Of a stretch of DNA of 64,000 nt, positions 20,244 to 30,910 are shown in pieces (position 1 is the first letter of the stretch; each line of letters starts with the position of its first letter). The translations under genes and the position numbers were made by a program. Source of the stretch: Promethearchaeota archaeon (GTDB taxonomy: Archaea > Asgardarchaeota > Lokiarchaeia > Sigyniarchaeales > SOKP01); the NCBI GenBank assembly GCA_029838195.1, contig JALGVJ010000005.1:32001-96000 (forward strand), in the 5' to 3' direction. Under the pieces are notes generated by a model, which saw only the letters and a list, made by a program, of their open reading frames with translations, was not told where the DNA came from and searched no databases.

Positions 20244-21140
20244 ATGTTTGGAAAATTAAATAAAGTTTTTTCTAAATTCGTAAATAGAACATTAACAGAA
20301 CAATCCCTCGATGATGCTATTAAAGATTTACGAATACTTCTCTATGCGAATGATGTGGCAGTTAATACTGCAGATGCCATCTGCAATAACATTATTAAGT
20401 CTTTAGAAGGGATAGAAATTGGTCGATTAAGTTCAATTAAAAAAAGGTTATTGGACGCCTTAAGGGAAGCCATTGCCGATATACTCACGCCTGAAAAAGA
20501 AATTGATTTAATTCAGGAGATTAAAAAAAGTAAAGAACAAAAAAAACCCTATGTAATTCTTTTCGTGGGCGTGAATGGCACGGGAAAATCAACCACCATG
20601 GCAAAAATAGCCCATATGTTAAAAAAACAAGGCTTTACTGTAGTGGCTGCTGCCTCGGACACATTTAGAGCAGGCGCCATCGAACAATTGAGTTATCACA
20701 TGGATAACGTGGGAGTTCGGGTAATCAAGCATCAATACAAATCGGATCCCGCCTCAGTAGCTTATGATGCCATTGAGCACGCAAGAGCTAAGAATATAGA
20801 TGTTGTACTAATCGATACAGCAGGTAGACAAGTTACGGATAAAAATTTAATGAGAGAAATCCAAAAAATCAGTGAAATTTCTTCACCAGATTTAAAGATA
20901 TTTGTAGGAGACAGTTTAACTGGTAATGATGCTTTGTATCAAACAAAAGAATTTAATAAATACGTGGGAATTGATGCGGCAATTTTAACAAAATTAGATG
21001 CAGATGCGAAGGGAGGAGCTGCTCTTTCCATTGCTCATGAAACCGGTAAACCCATCATTTATGTAGGAGTGGGACAAAAATATGATGATTTAGAGAAATT
21101 TGATCCTTCTCTTTTGATTTCCAAGATTTTAGAAGAATAG
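20244..21140 (+). CDS. ftsY: SRP receptor FtsY
   Basis: GVNGTGKST, DTFRAGA, DTAGR, TKLDADAKGG and GVGQ motifs. Confidence 0.95.
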   Translation: MFGKLNKVFSKFVNRTLTEQSLDDAIKDLRILLYANDVAVNTADAICNNIIKSLEGIEIGRLSSIKKRLLDALREAIADILTPEKEIDLIQEIKKSKEQKKPYVILFVGVNGTGKSTTMAKIAHMLKKQGFTVVAAASDTFRAGAIEQLSYHMDNVGVRVIKHQYKSDPASVAYDAIEHARAKNIDVVLIDTAGRQVTDKNLMREIQKISEISSPDLKIFVGDSLTGNDALYQTKEFNKYVGIDAAILTKLDADAKGGAALSIAHETGKPIIYVGVGQKYDDLEKFDPSLLISKILEE

Positions 21141-21177
21141 TTAAATTTTTTTAATCTCGAAATTTTAGGTTAGTGAC

Positions 21178-21417
21178 ATGTCATATCCGAAGTATGAGAA
21201 ACTACGGAAGAGTAAACAGAAAAAGGACGAGGGATATTATGATAGATTCATAAACTTCCTTAAAAGTTCAAGAAGAGTACTCAAGATAGCAAATAAACCA
21301 AATAGAAAAGAGTATTTTCTTGTATTTAAAATTTGTGCGATTGGAATCGTGATCTTAGGTGCTTTATCCTATATAATCCAACTAATCTTTTCAGTAGCTC
21401 TTCCAATCGGAAAATGA
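21178..21417 (+). CDS. secE: Protein translocase SecE/Sec61-gamma
   Basis: RRVLKIANKPNRKEY followed by a TM helix. Confidence 0.9.
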   Translation: MSYPKYEKLRKSKQKKDEGYYDRFINFLKSSRRVLKIANKPNRKEYFLVFKICAIGIVILGALSYIIQLIFSVALPIGK

Positions 21418-21480
21418 ATTATTGTATTTCGAATGTCTTTTTTATGTGATTAGCAGTTAAATTCCCCTTTTTCCTTTACC

Positions 21481-21903
21481 ATGAAAGTGTTTATTGATTA
21501 TAAAGAAAATCTCCACTTTATCGCTTCCACGAGAACATTTAAAATGGAATTAGATGAGCCCAAATCATTCCATGGTACCAATTTAGGACCTAGCGCAATG
21601 GAATATTTGTTAATTTCAATAGGAGGATGTTTAGGCACGTCTTTTGTTTATTGTCTCCAAAAAAAGAAGGTGAAAATAGAAGATTTATCCTTAGAAATTG
21701 AGGGAATCATGAAACACTCGGGTGAAAACAAGCTTCTTCGATTGATTCAAGTTAATGTGGATATTCAATATAAAATTAACGAAAAATATTCTCAGAAATT
21801 AGAGGCTTGCTTGAAGGCTTTTCAAGAATATTGCGTGGTAACGAATTCAATAATTTATAATTTTCCAATTTTGGTAAATTATATAGATAGAAAAAATAAA
21901 TGA
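21481..21903 (+). CDS. OsmC-family protein
   Basis: DEP...GPSAMEYLLISIGGC and YCVV motifs. Confidence 0.85.
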   Translation: MKVFIDYKENLHFIASTRTFKMELDEPKSFHGTNLGPSAMEYLLISIGGCLGTSFVYCLQKKKVKIEDLSLEIEGIMKHSGENKLLRLIQVNVDIQYKINEKYSQKLEACLKAFQEYCVVTNSIIYNFPILVNYIDRKNK

Positions 21904-21924
21904 ATCTTAATAGGAAAATTTGGA

Positions 21925-23143
21925 TTAAAAAAAGTAAATAGAAATGCTATTTGGAACAAATAAATCTTCCTCCTTATTCCTACAAGCAATAAAAGATATG
22001 CCCATTCGAATGAGAACAGTGAGTAGCCTGTTGCTTAAAATTCCATTGATTATTAACACTTTTAAATTCGAATGATCTTCTATTTTTTCATAGAGTTCAG
22101 ACACGGGTAATTCAAAGAGTTTCTCTCCACTACCATTAAAACCTACTGCTAATCCATCTTGAATATTTCGAATGGTGTTAATTATCTCTTCTTCATTTTT
22201 TAGTTTAACTTTCGACAATTTTTTATGCAAGATGTCGTCCTTGCTTTTGCCTTTTTTTAGCTCTCGATGTTCTAATTCTAGACTTTTCACGGGTTTTTTA
22301 TTCTGTAGTGCCTTGATCATCTGTTTACGGGTGAGTTCTTCGACTTCGTATCCTTCAGGAGCCCTTGCTACATAATCTAACTTGGCAACTTGTTGAAGCT
22401 CGTTCAGAATGATGGTACCTCCTCTATCACCGTCCACGAATGCGATAACATTTTTTTTCTTTCTTGTTAAATCTGCGACTGATTTGGGAATATTAGTTCC
22501 TTGAACCGCAATAGTATTTTTCAGGCCGATTCTTAAAAGATTTAATACATCAGCACGGCCTTCCACGATTATTAATTCATCGCTCTTATCTACGTCGGGA
22601 CCTGCGGGTAATTTATCAGGACCCCATTCCGTGATTTCACCTAAATTAATATCTTTTTCTATTTTTTCTTCAATCTCACTAGTTTCTAAGGATTTTTCAT
22701 CCCATTCTTTCAGTAATTCTGCCGCTCTCTTAATGATTTTCTTGCGCTTGCTCTCTCTAACATCTTTAATTTCTTTTAATTTTATCTCTGCTTCACAAGG
22801 TCCAACGCGAGTTACCGTCTCAACGGTGGCGGCGAGAAGGGCAGTTTCTTTTCTCGTGAGGCTACTCGGAATGCGTATTTCTCCTTCCGTCATGCCTTCT
22901 TTTGTACCAAGCTCGACTTCTATTCGTCCAATTCGACCGGATTTTTGAAGATCCCGTAAGTCTAGATCCAAAAGAAGGCCTTCCGTTTAGCCGATAAGCC
23001 GAAAAGGCTTCTTATAATTATCTCTGGCCGAATATAGCCCCAACGATATCGCTCTTCTCCACAACCCCTTTTATTGAAAAATTAACGATAATAATATATT
23101 TAGTAGTAAAATCAATTTGATTATTGTTAGTAATCTTGATCAC
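21925..23143 (-). CDS. dnaG: Archaeal DnaG (TOPRIM; exosome-associated), two exons: 23143-23024 and 22986-21925
   Basis: Exon 1 (...TTKYII...GVVEKSDIVGAIFGQ) joins exon 2 (TEGLLLDLDLRDLQKSGRIGRI...VEGRADV...DGDRGG) to give a 393-aa spliced product. Confidence 0.93.
22987..23023 (-). other. 37-nt BHB-type mRNA intron in dnaG
   Basis: AGATAATTATAAGAAGCCTTTTCGGCTTATCGGCTAA. Central helix GGCC/GGCT, 3-nt bulges AG^A and AA^A, inner helix GATAA/TTATC. Contains an in-frame TAA and shifts the frame. Confidence 0.85.
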
Positions 23144-23647
23144 TTCCTTAAGAATAATTTTTTCATAAAATTGAAAAAATAATAAAAAATATTGACAAAA
23201 TCTTTTTATTTATAATCTTTATTTGAATCTAATCTATTTTTTTAGTAATTTGGATCATATAATAATTATGATTCAAATCAATATCTGAGAATTTATTAAA
23301 GGTTAAATCTTTTATCTTCATTATTTATAAGAAGAGCCGTTTAATTTCTTTTTAAAAAAATAAAGTGATGAATAATTGATGTAAAATTATTTTACCCTCT
23401 TATACTACCTTTCATGAATTTCCCGAGGGTGAGTCCTTTAAATTAAGTTCTACCTTTATGAGATCATGAGGAGTTTTTAAAAAATTTTCCAAATTGTTGG
23501 AAAATTGGAAATTGTTTTATTTAATTTCAAATTTTTTTAAAGTATTAAAGATGGGATGAATGTTAAATCCCACATTAAAAATTAGAAATTAATTAAAAAT
23601 ATTTTAGTTGGAATTAATAAAAACGACTTAAAAATAAGGAGAATCAA

Positions 23648-24679
23648 ATGCTTAAGAAAATTATTGTACTAGGAGGGAAAGGTGGGGTGGGAAAATCAAC
23701 GATAAGTGCAGCTACGGCTGTTGTAATCTCTGATATGCTTCCTAATGAGAAAATCTTGTTGATTTCATTTGATATGGCACATAATTTAACAGATCTATTC
23801 GAAATTCCAATTGGAAATAAATTAACGAGAGTCATGGATAATTTATGGGTCATTGAACCCGATCCTGATGTCTATGCGGAAGAATATACTCGAGATTTTG
23901 CCGAAAAAATGCGAAATTTATTGAAAAAAATGCCTATCGTGGGATTAATTCCCCAAATCAAGACTTTCATAGACACCACATTTACCGCAGATTCCATTCC
24001 TTTAGCACTCAAAAATGCCATGTTCTTTCAAAAAATTTTAGATGCGGAAGATATTAATAAGCAAGGTTTAGATTTTGATTATATTGTGGCAGACTTTCCT
24101 CCAACAGGAAACATGATCGCCCTCTTTGATATACCCGAGGATACGGTAAAAGTAGTTCTGAAATATTCTTTAAATTTTTATAATTCAATTCGAAGTACCG
24201 TGAAAAATGTATCAAGATTCTTTAAAAAGGTGACAAGGCCATTTGAAACTCAAGAACAAAAAGAAGAGTTAGGAGATGAGATCTTGAAGATGTTAAATGA
24301 ATTAGAAGAGAGAGGTGAAAAAATATCTAAGTTAATTCATGATATCGGTTCATTAAGACTCGTCACAATTGCTGAAAAAGCCAGTTTTGAGGAGATCAAG
24401 CGGGCTCGAGAATTAACAAGTAAATATATAACGTTAGATGCCGTTCACATTAATATGATAACTCCAAAATCCGAAACATGCGAATTTTGTCAAAAAGTAA
24501 GAACCATCCAAATGAAATACATATCAGAAATCCAACAGGAATTTCATGATACCATGATATGGCAATCTCATAAACTCCAAGAAGAACCCGTAGGAATAGA
24601 GGGGTTAAGAAAATTCGCACGAGAAGTTTACAAGGATTTACGAGTAGAGAAGATTTTAAATCCAAATCAAGAAAGATGA
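23648..24679 (+). CDS. ArsA/GET3-family ATPase
   Basis: GGKGGVGKST, DMAHNL, DFPPTG and a C-terminal CEFC. Confidence 0.88.
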   Translation: MLKKIIVLGGKGGVGKSTISAATAVVISDMLPNEKILLISFDMAHNLTDLFEIPIGNKLTRVMDNLWVIEPDPDVYAEEYTRDFAEKMRNLLKKMPIVGLIPQIKTFIDTTFTADSIPLALKNAMFFQKILDAEDINKQGLDFDYIVADFPPTGNMIALFDIPEDTVKVVLKYSLNFYNSIRSTVKNVSRFFKKVTRPFETQEQKEELGDEILKMLNELEERGEKISKLIHDIGSLRLVTIAEKASFEEIKRARELTSKYITLDAVHINMITPKSETCEFCQKVRTIQMKYISEIQQEFHDTMIWQSHKLQEEPVGIEGLRKFAREVYKDLRVEKILNPNQER

Positions 24680-24720
24680 GGAGGAAAATAGAGAAAAAAA
24701 ATTAAATTTTAAGGGGAATT

Positions 24721-26004
24721 TTAAGTTCCCTCTTCATATCCATGGATATAATTATATTGCTCTTCGGTTAACTCATCAATTTCGATGCCCATGGATTTTA
24801 GTTTTAAAAAGCCGACTTCATTGTCAATGTGTTCCGGAATTTTCATAATTCCTGGCTTTAATTTATCTTTATTTTTCATAATGTATTCTGAAATTAAAGA
24901 TTGTAAAGCAAAAGACATGTCCATAATTTCCGATGGATGCCCTTCCGCAAGCACCAGATTGGCTAATCTACCTTGTGCTAATAAATAAACCTTTCTACCA
25001 TCGGGAAAAGTTAATTCTTCCACGTCTTTTCTTAAGGGTTTAACTTCAATCGCATGCTCATATAAATCTTTACTGGGAATTTCCACATCAAAATGTCCTA
25101 AATTTCCCAAGATGACACCATCTTTAAGTAAGGGAAAATGCTCTTTAGTAAAAACGTTTTTACAGCCTGTTGCTGTAAATATTATATCTGCGTGAGGGAG
25201 AGCTTTTGCTATGGGCATGACATTATATCCGGCAAATTTAGCTTGTAAAGCCTTAATGGGATCTACCTCTGTCACGGTGACATTGGATCCTAATCCTCTT
25301 GCTCTCAATGCCATTCCTGAACTACAATGACCGTATCCCGCAATTAACACGTTTTTTCCTGCAAATAAAATATGCATTCCGATAAATGCTGCTAGAATTC
25401 CTTGTCCCGTTCCTAATTCATTGTCAAACTGATTTTTACAGCGCGCATCGTTTACAGGAAATAAAGGCACTTTTAGGGCGCCATGCTCTTCCATAGCCCT
25501 AAAACGTTTTACACCAGTGGTTGTTTCTTCTTGACAGCCAAAAATTTTACCCAATTCGATTAATTCCGGAAATTCTTTATGAGCCGTAACTATAAGATCA
25601 GCACCGTCATCAATTAAGATGTTTGGTTCTGCTTCCAAACATTTTCTTATACACCAATAAAATTCCTCAGAAGTATTTCCATGCCAAGCAAATACATTTA
25701 TTCCTTCTTTTACCAATGCGGCGGCTACATCGTCTTGAGTGGATAGTGGGTTGCTACCACAGAGATATACTTCCGCACCTCCGGCTTGCAAAGTTCTTAC
25801 TAAAATTCCAGTTTCTTTGGTAACATGAAGACATCCGGCAATTTTAATCCCTTCTAGCGGTTTTTCTTTTGAAAATCTTTCTCGTATGACTTTAGCAGTC
25901 ACGGGCATCTTGCTTTCTGCAATATAAAGAGCTTCTTTTCCCTTCTCTACAAGGGACTCATCCGCTATTTTATACGAAACCACTTTCAATCTTCCTTGAA
26001 ACAA
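24721..26004 (-). CDS. ahcY: Adenosylhomocysteinase
   Basis: GCLHVT, NPLSTQD, DDGAD, EETTTG, GHFDVE and GHPSEIMDMSF motifs. Confidence 0.95.
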   Translation of the reverse strand: MFQGRLKVVSYKIADESLVEKGKEALYIAESKMPVTAKVIRERFSKEKPLEGIKIAGCLHVTKETGILVRTLQAGGAEVYLCGSNPLSTQDDVAAALVKEGINVFAWHGNTSEEFYWCIRKCLEAEPNILIDDGADLIVTAHKEFPELIELGKIFGCQEETTTGVKRFRAMEEHGALKVPLFPVNDARCKNQFDNELGTGQGILAAFIGMHILFAGKNVLIAGYGHCSSGMALRARGLGSNVTVTEVDPIKALQAKFAGYNVMPIAKALPHADIIFTATGCKNVFTKEHFPLLKDGVILGNLGHFDVEIPSKDLYEHAIEVKPLRKDVEELTFPDGRKVYLLAQGRLANLVLAEGHPSEIMDMSFALQSLISEYIMKNKDKLKPGIMKIPEHIDNEVGFLKLKSMGIEIDELTEEQYNYIHGYEEGT

Positions 26005-26113
26005 TTAATTATATCTTTTAATTTTAATTAATATTTAAATGTAATTTTAAAAATTTGTATAATAATTGGAGGAAATATTGCACTAATAATTAGTTTCTAA
26101 AAGGGGATTATAA

Positions 26114-27076
26114 ATGAACCACTTAAATGCCAAACTTAATGTTCAAGAAATTATAAAAAAATTGACTCAATCTTCAAAACCTAATTTTACAAAGATCTCT
26201 AAAGAATTGAATATTTCGAGGAAAACATTTTTTAATTATTTTGATCGCTTGAAAGAAGAGGAGATAATAAATAATTTTACTATAAATGTTAATCCTAACG
26301 TTCTAAATCCCAATCTCAAATATGTAATAATGGAAATTAAAACGAATCCAAAAGAGCCTAAATTAATCGAACGATTCTTAAGCATCCCTCAATTAATAAT
26401 GTTAGATGGAATATTAGGAGAGTTCTCTCTTTTTGCGTTATTCATATTTAGAGATTCTTTTGAATTTAATGAAATATTAAAAGAATTGGATAAAATAATG
26501 GCAGAATCCTATTTTAAGAAATATCAAATAATCGAAACGATTAAAGTATTTAAAACCAACGGAATAGATATTTCTTCCTTGAATAAAATGGAAAAAGAAG
26601 CAATTGATGAAATAGATGAGGAAATTCTTAAAATTTTACGCCGTGAACAAAAAGGGACTTTAATTTCAACGTATGAGATTTCAAAATTATTAGCGAAGAA
26701 GAAAAATTTACGAATCTCTCAATCCACGATTTATAATCGCATTAAACTATTGGAAAAAAAAGGGATTATCTTAAATCATGCGATTAATTTTAATCCAAAA
26801 AAATTGGGATTTAAGGGAAAATATATCGTTCGAATTAAGCCGAAGGATCCTTCAGAATATGATAAATTAGCACTTAATTTAGTGAAAAAAAGAGAAATTA
26901 CAGATCTATTTCGAATTGGAGAACAATACGGACTTTTTGCAATCGTTCGTGTTAAGGAAATTGAAGATTATGGAAAATTCATAAAAAATTTGTATGAATC
27001 AGAAGAGATCGAAAATACATTTACCAATTTCGTATTAGATGAGAGGATTTCATGGACTAATTTTGTGCTATATTAA
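26114..27076 (+). CDS. Tandem Lrp/AsnC transcriptional regulator
   Basis: Two HTH + RAM-like modules; divergent from ahcY. Confidence 0.8.
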   Translation: MNHLNAKLNVQEIIKKLTQSSKPNFTKISKELNISRKTFFNYFDRLKEEEIINNFTINVNPNVLNPNLKYVIMEIKTNPKEPKLIERFLSIPQLIMLDGILGEFSLFALFIFRDSFEFNEILKELDKIMAESYFKKYQIIETIKVFKTNGIDISSLNKMEKEAIDEIDEEILKILRREQKGTLISTYEISKLLAKKKNLRISQSTIYNRIKLLEKKGIILNHAINFNPKKLGFKGKYIVRIKPKDPSEYDKLALNLVKKREITDLFRIGEQYGLFAIVRVKEIEDYGKFIKNLYESEEIENTFTNFVLDERISWTNFVLY

Positions 27077-27288
27077 AAAGAAAAAAATTTCCGTTAAAGA
27101 GACAATAAATCATTCGGCGGTGCGCTTTATAAAAAATTTTTTTCCGTTTAAAATTGATTCATATAAATCATGATTAATTGGAATTTATCAATTTTTGGAT
27201 CTTTCTTAATGGGGCAAGGTTAATTTTAATCTAATTAAATTATTTATTTTAAACAGAAAAAACTTGAATTGAATTACATTTTTATACC

Positions 27289-29367
27289 TTGATGAAATCA
27301 TTTTTTGAAGTCTTAGAGAAAAAAATTGGATTTTCTCGAATTGGACGCATGAATTATTCGCAAGCGGCGAAAAAATACATTAGGACTCCAACACTCATTC
27401 TTCCAATTAATAAATTCTTGAATGATGATATTAATTTTGGCATGGAATTCGAATATAATGAAATATTCAAGATTAATGAAGAGGAATTTCTTCGAAGTGA
27501 TTTTTTACACCTAAAATTCAAGAGCAAACAATTTATTTACGTTCATTCCGGACTATTAGAAAAATTCAAGGACATTTTAGAAAAAAATCAGAATTATTTC
27601 ATGCAGGAAAATTTGATCCCCATTATTCCTTTCCGTATTCCTACTACTACTATTAATAAAGAGTTTACGAGAAAAGAGATTGAAGCATGGTTGTTAAAAG
27701 TTTCTAAATTGTTAGAAGAGCACGATCATCTTTCGTTTGGAATTTCCATTAGATTATTTGACCATCATGAGCATATTTCTTCTTTTATATCATTAATTCA
27801 AAAATACGAAAATGTAAAAATTCTCAATTTTTTGGATCTTTTTGATAATTTGAGGAATTACAGGCGAATCATTAATACCATCATGAAATGTAAAAAATCG
27901 CTTGACAGAAACTTCATTTTCATGGCTTCCGGAAGAATTCTACCAAAATATTATCCCGTTATCGTGTATCTAGGATTTGACCTGATTGATTGTTCCTATT
28001 CCATGTATTTATCTTCTGAAAATTTTTATGATTCTTTAGACCAATTATTACCAATTTATAAAATGAAATATTTACCTTGTTCTTGTGCGGCGTGTCGAAA
28101 TGAATTGCGTGTTCATTTAAATGAGAAATATTCTTCGAAAAAAGTTCGGCTTCTCTCACTTCATAATCTCTGTGTGGCAAGAAATCAAATGAATAAAATT
28201 AAACAATACATTCAATTTGAGGATTTTAGGGGTTATGTGGAGAAAAGCTCGTTGAATGAGTTGAATTTTCTTTCTCTATTAAAAATTTTCGATAAAAAAT
28301 ATTTTCAAACAACTCGATGGGACACACCATTATATCAAAAAGGAATTAAAATTAATTCTCTTGGCCCTATTTCTTATTATAGGCCTGATTTTCAAGAGTT
28401 TAGAAAACGAGTGATTGATCGATTTACTCCCGAGTCCCAAACTTCCTTAATTATTCTACTCCCGTGTTCTTCTAAAAAACCTTATTCATCTTCAAAATCT
28501 CATAAAAAATTTCATGATGCCTTGCGAAAATTTCCTGATTTTCCCAATTTTCAAGAAATCATTTTGACTTCTCCTTTAGGCGCAATACCTCGCCAATTAG
28601 AGGAGTTATATCCGGTAAATTCTTATGATATTTCTGTTACGGGTGATTGGGATGCTGAAGAGATAAAAATTTCTTCTGAAATGCTAATAAAATTATTGAA
28701 AAAATATGATGAGAAAATTCCCATCATATGTCATCTTCCGGGAGATTATTCAAAAATTATTGAAGCCGCACGATCAGAAATACAACAAAAAATTCATTTT
28801 ACTCAAATTCATGACAATGCTACCAGCAAGCACTCCATTCAATCCCTTTATGACAAGATTGAGGAGTATCACGACGATTTTAAAATTTCTAATGAAAAGA
28901 AAGGCTCCCATGCGGGTTCTAAATCAATAACGAGGAAAATAATAAAAATGATTGATTATCAATTCGGGAAAGGAGTGGGAGAAAAACTCATGAATCGTCC
29001 CTTTCGCTTTAAATTTAACAAAAAAAGAAATGTAACAGAAGTTTTAAACGAGATAACCGGAGATAAATTACTTTATTTTAAAAGAGACGAAGGAATTATT
29101 AATTTAACTTTAAAAGGGGCTGAAATCGTTTTACAAGATATGACCGACAGGAATATCATCGTCTTTGACGGAGACGACATCCAAGGGAATACTCTATTTA
29201 GAGCGGGAATCGTAGATTTTAGCTTTTATGTAAAACCAAATGAACAAGTCTTTATTTTAAATAGGAATAAAGATGATATTATCGCAGTTGGGAAAACATT
29301 AGTAGGAGGGGCTTTTATTAAAAATTCTAAAATGGGAAGAATCGTGAAAATACATGAGAAAAAATGA
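27289..29367 (+). CDS. arcS: Archaeosine synthase alpha subunit ArcS (TgtA2)
   Basis: TGT-like N-terminus with a PCSCAAC..HNL Zn site, LLPCSSKKPYSSSKSH, TSPLG.IPRQLE and a C-terminal PUA domain. Confidence 0.85.
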   Translation: MMKSFFEVLEKKIGFSRIGRMNYSQAAKKYIRTPTLILPINKFLNDDINFGMEFEYNEIFKINEEEFLRSDFLHLKFKSKQFIYVHSGLLEKFKDILEKNQNYFMQENLIPIIPFRIPTTTINKEFTRKEIEAWLLKVSKLLEEHDHLSFGISIRLFDHHEHISSFISLIQKYENVKILNFLDLFDNLRNYRRIINTIMKCKKSLDRNFIFMASGRILPKYYPVIVYLGFDLIDCSYSMYLSSENFYDSLDQLLPIYKMKYLPCSCAACRNELRVHLNEKYSSKKVRLLSLHNLCVARNQMNKIKQYIQFEDFRGYVEKSSLNELNFLSLLKIFDKKYFQTTRWDTPLYQKGIKINSLGPISYYRPDFQEFRKRVIDRFTPESQTSLIILLPCSSKKPYSSSKSHKKFHDALRKFPDFPNFQEIILTSPLGAIPRQLEELYPVNSYDISVTGDWDAEEIKISSEMLIKLLKKYDEKIPIICHLPGDYSKIIEAARSEIQQKIHFTQIHDNATSKHSIQSLYDKIEEYHDDFKISNEKKGSHAGSKSITRKIIKMIDYQFGKGVGEKLMNRPFRFKFNKKRNVTEVLNEITGDKLLYFKRDEGIINLTLKGAEIVLQDMTDRNIIVFDGDDIQGNTLFRAGIVDFSFYVKPNEQVFILNRNKDDIIAVGKTLVGGAFIKNSKMGRIVKIHEKK

Positions 29368-30442
29368 ATGTTTATCTTCAATAGAAGATACAATCAAGCA
29401 ATTGAGATTAAAATCTATCAAGATGTCGAAAAAGAGAAATGAAAATCTTCATTCGAAACCCGTAGCATTTTGGATAAAAGAAGAACGGTTAATGCATGGA
29501 AGAGGAAAAGAATTTACAATTATTTTGCGTACAAAAGGGTGTAAATGGGCTTTGGGAAATAAAGGGGGTTGCACGATGTGTGGCTATATTCAAGATGCTT
29601 GTATTTCTCCTATAGAACCACGATATATCATAGATCAATTTGAAGGGGCATTCAATCAAAAATTACACGAAATACGGAAGGATAAAGATGATTACGTATT
29701 AAAATTATTTAATTCGGGAAGTTTTTTTGACGACGAGGAGATTTCTGAAAAAATAAGAAGATTTATATACGAACGCGTGGCACGGGAACAAAAAATTAAA
29801 GAAGTTGTGATAGAATCAAGACCAGAGTTCATTACCCAAGAAAAATTACGAGAGATAAAAACATTCTTAAAAGAAAAACAAATCGAGATCGGGATAGGCT
29901 TAGAAACTGTTAATGATGAGATTAGAAATAGATATATTAATAAAGGATTTACATTCAATGAATTTCTTGAAAAAGTAAAATTGTGTAATGAATTCCGAAT
30001 AGGAGTTAAAGTATATTTATTATTTAAACCGCCCTTTTTAAATGAGCAAGCTGCAATCGATGATTGCGAGAATTCTTTGAAAACATTAAAAAAATTACCC
30101 ATATCTACCATTTCCATTAATCCCATGAATGTTCAAAGGGGCACACTAGTAGAATATTTATGGCTTCATAAACGATATCGTCCCCCATGGTTTTATTCTC
30201 TTATAGAATGCTTGAAAAATTCCTTAACTTCTTCAGATTTAGCACGGGTGAGGATCCTCTCAGATCCTTCTGGAGCGGGCACGAGACGAGGGATTCATAA
30301 CTGTTTAAAAAAAAGCTGCAATGACTACATGTTAGAACACCTTAAAAAATTCGTCTTATCCCAAGAATTGAAGTATTTAGACATTCACGATTTTAAATGT
30401 GATTGCAAAATAAAATTTAGGATCCAGAAACACTATTGGTAA
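29354..30442 (+). CDS. raSEA: Archaeosine biosynthesis radical SAM protein RaSEA
   Basis: ILRTKGCKW...GGCTMCGY, NSGSF, ESRPE, KPPFL and YRPPW motifs; overlaps arcS. Confidence 0.88.
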   Translation: MRKNECLSSIEDTIKQLRLKSIKMSKKRNENLHSKPVAFWIKEERLMHGRGKEFTIILRTKGCKWALGNKGGCTMCGYIQDACISPIEPRYIIDQFEGAFNQKLHEIRKDKDDYVLKLFNSGSFFDDEEISEKIRRFIYERVAREQKIKEVVIESRPEFITQEKLREIKTFLKEKQIEIGIGLETVNDEIRNRYINKGFTFNEFLEKVKLCNEFRIGVKVYLLFKPPFLNEQAAIDDCENSLKTLKKLPISTISINPMNVQRGTLVEYLWLHKRYRPPWFYSLIECLKNSLTSSDLARVRILSDPSGAGTRRGIHNCLKKSCNDYMLEHLKKFVLSQELKYLDIHDFKCDCKIKFRIQKHYW

Positions 30443-30609
30443 TTTAACAATGTTAATTTTTAAAACAATGTTCAACCTTAATGTTCTTTTTTAATAAGAA
30501 CTTAATAAAAAAAGGTTTACTTTTTAAGACGAAAAACCATTATATTTAAATAGAATTGAATATGTTCAAATCTATATTTTATTTTTAGAAGGGATACAAT
30601 GGGGTACTA

Positions 30610-30867
30610 ATGCAAACATGGTTTAAAATATACGAAATTCTCTCATATGTGGGAAAATCTAAGAAAAATGAAATTTTCCGTGCGCGAAAGTGGAAAAAGG
30701 ATTTCGAAACAATTATGAAAAAACCGGTTTTTAATGAAGATTATGAAAAGATTGGATTTATTAATGACATTTTTGGTCCCATTACCTCTCCCTTCATCTC
30801 AATTCGAGTTACATCCTCCAATCATGAAATTAATTCAAACGTAAAATTATACGTTAAAATAAAATAA
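30610..30867 (+). CDS. gar1: H/ACA RNP protein Gar1
   Basis: KIGFINDIFGPITSPF motif; conserved position upstream of tfb. Confidence 0.8.
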   Translation: MQTWFKIYEILSYVGKSKKNEIFRARKWKKDFETIMKKPVFNEDYEKIGFINDIFGPITSPFISIRVTSSNHEINSNVKLYVKIK

Positions 30868-30910
30868 TTTCCATTTTATAGCATAAATTACCTCCCAATT
30901 TAAAAAGAAG

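Noticed and set aside
21925-23143. dnaG as a simple pseudogene or N-truncated gene
   Set aside because: Both parts are otherwise intact, and the insert boundaries coincide exactly with BHB cleavage positions.
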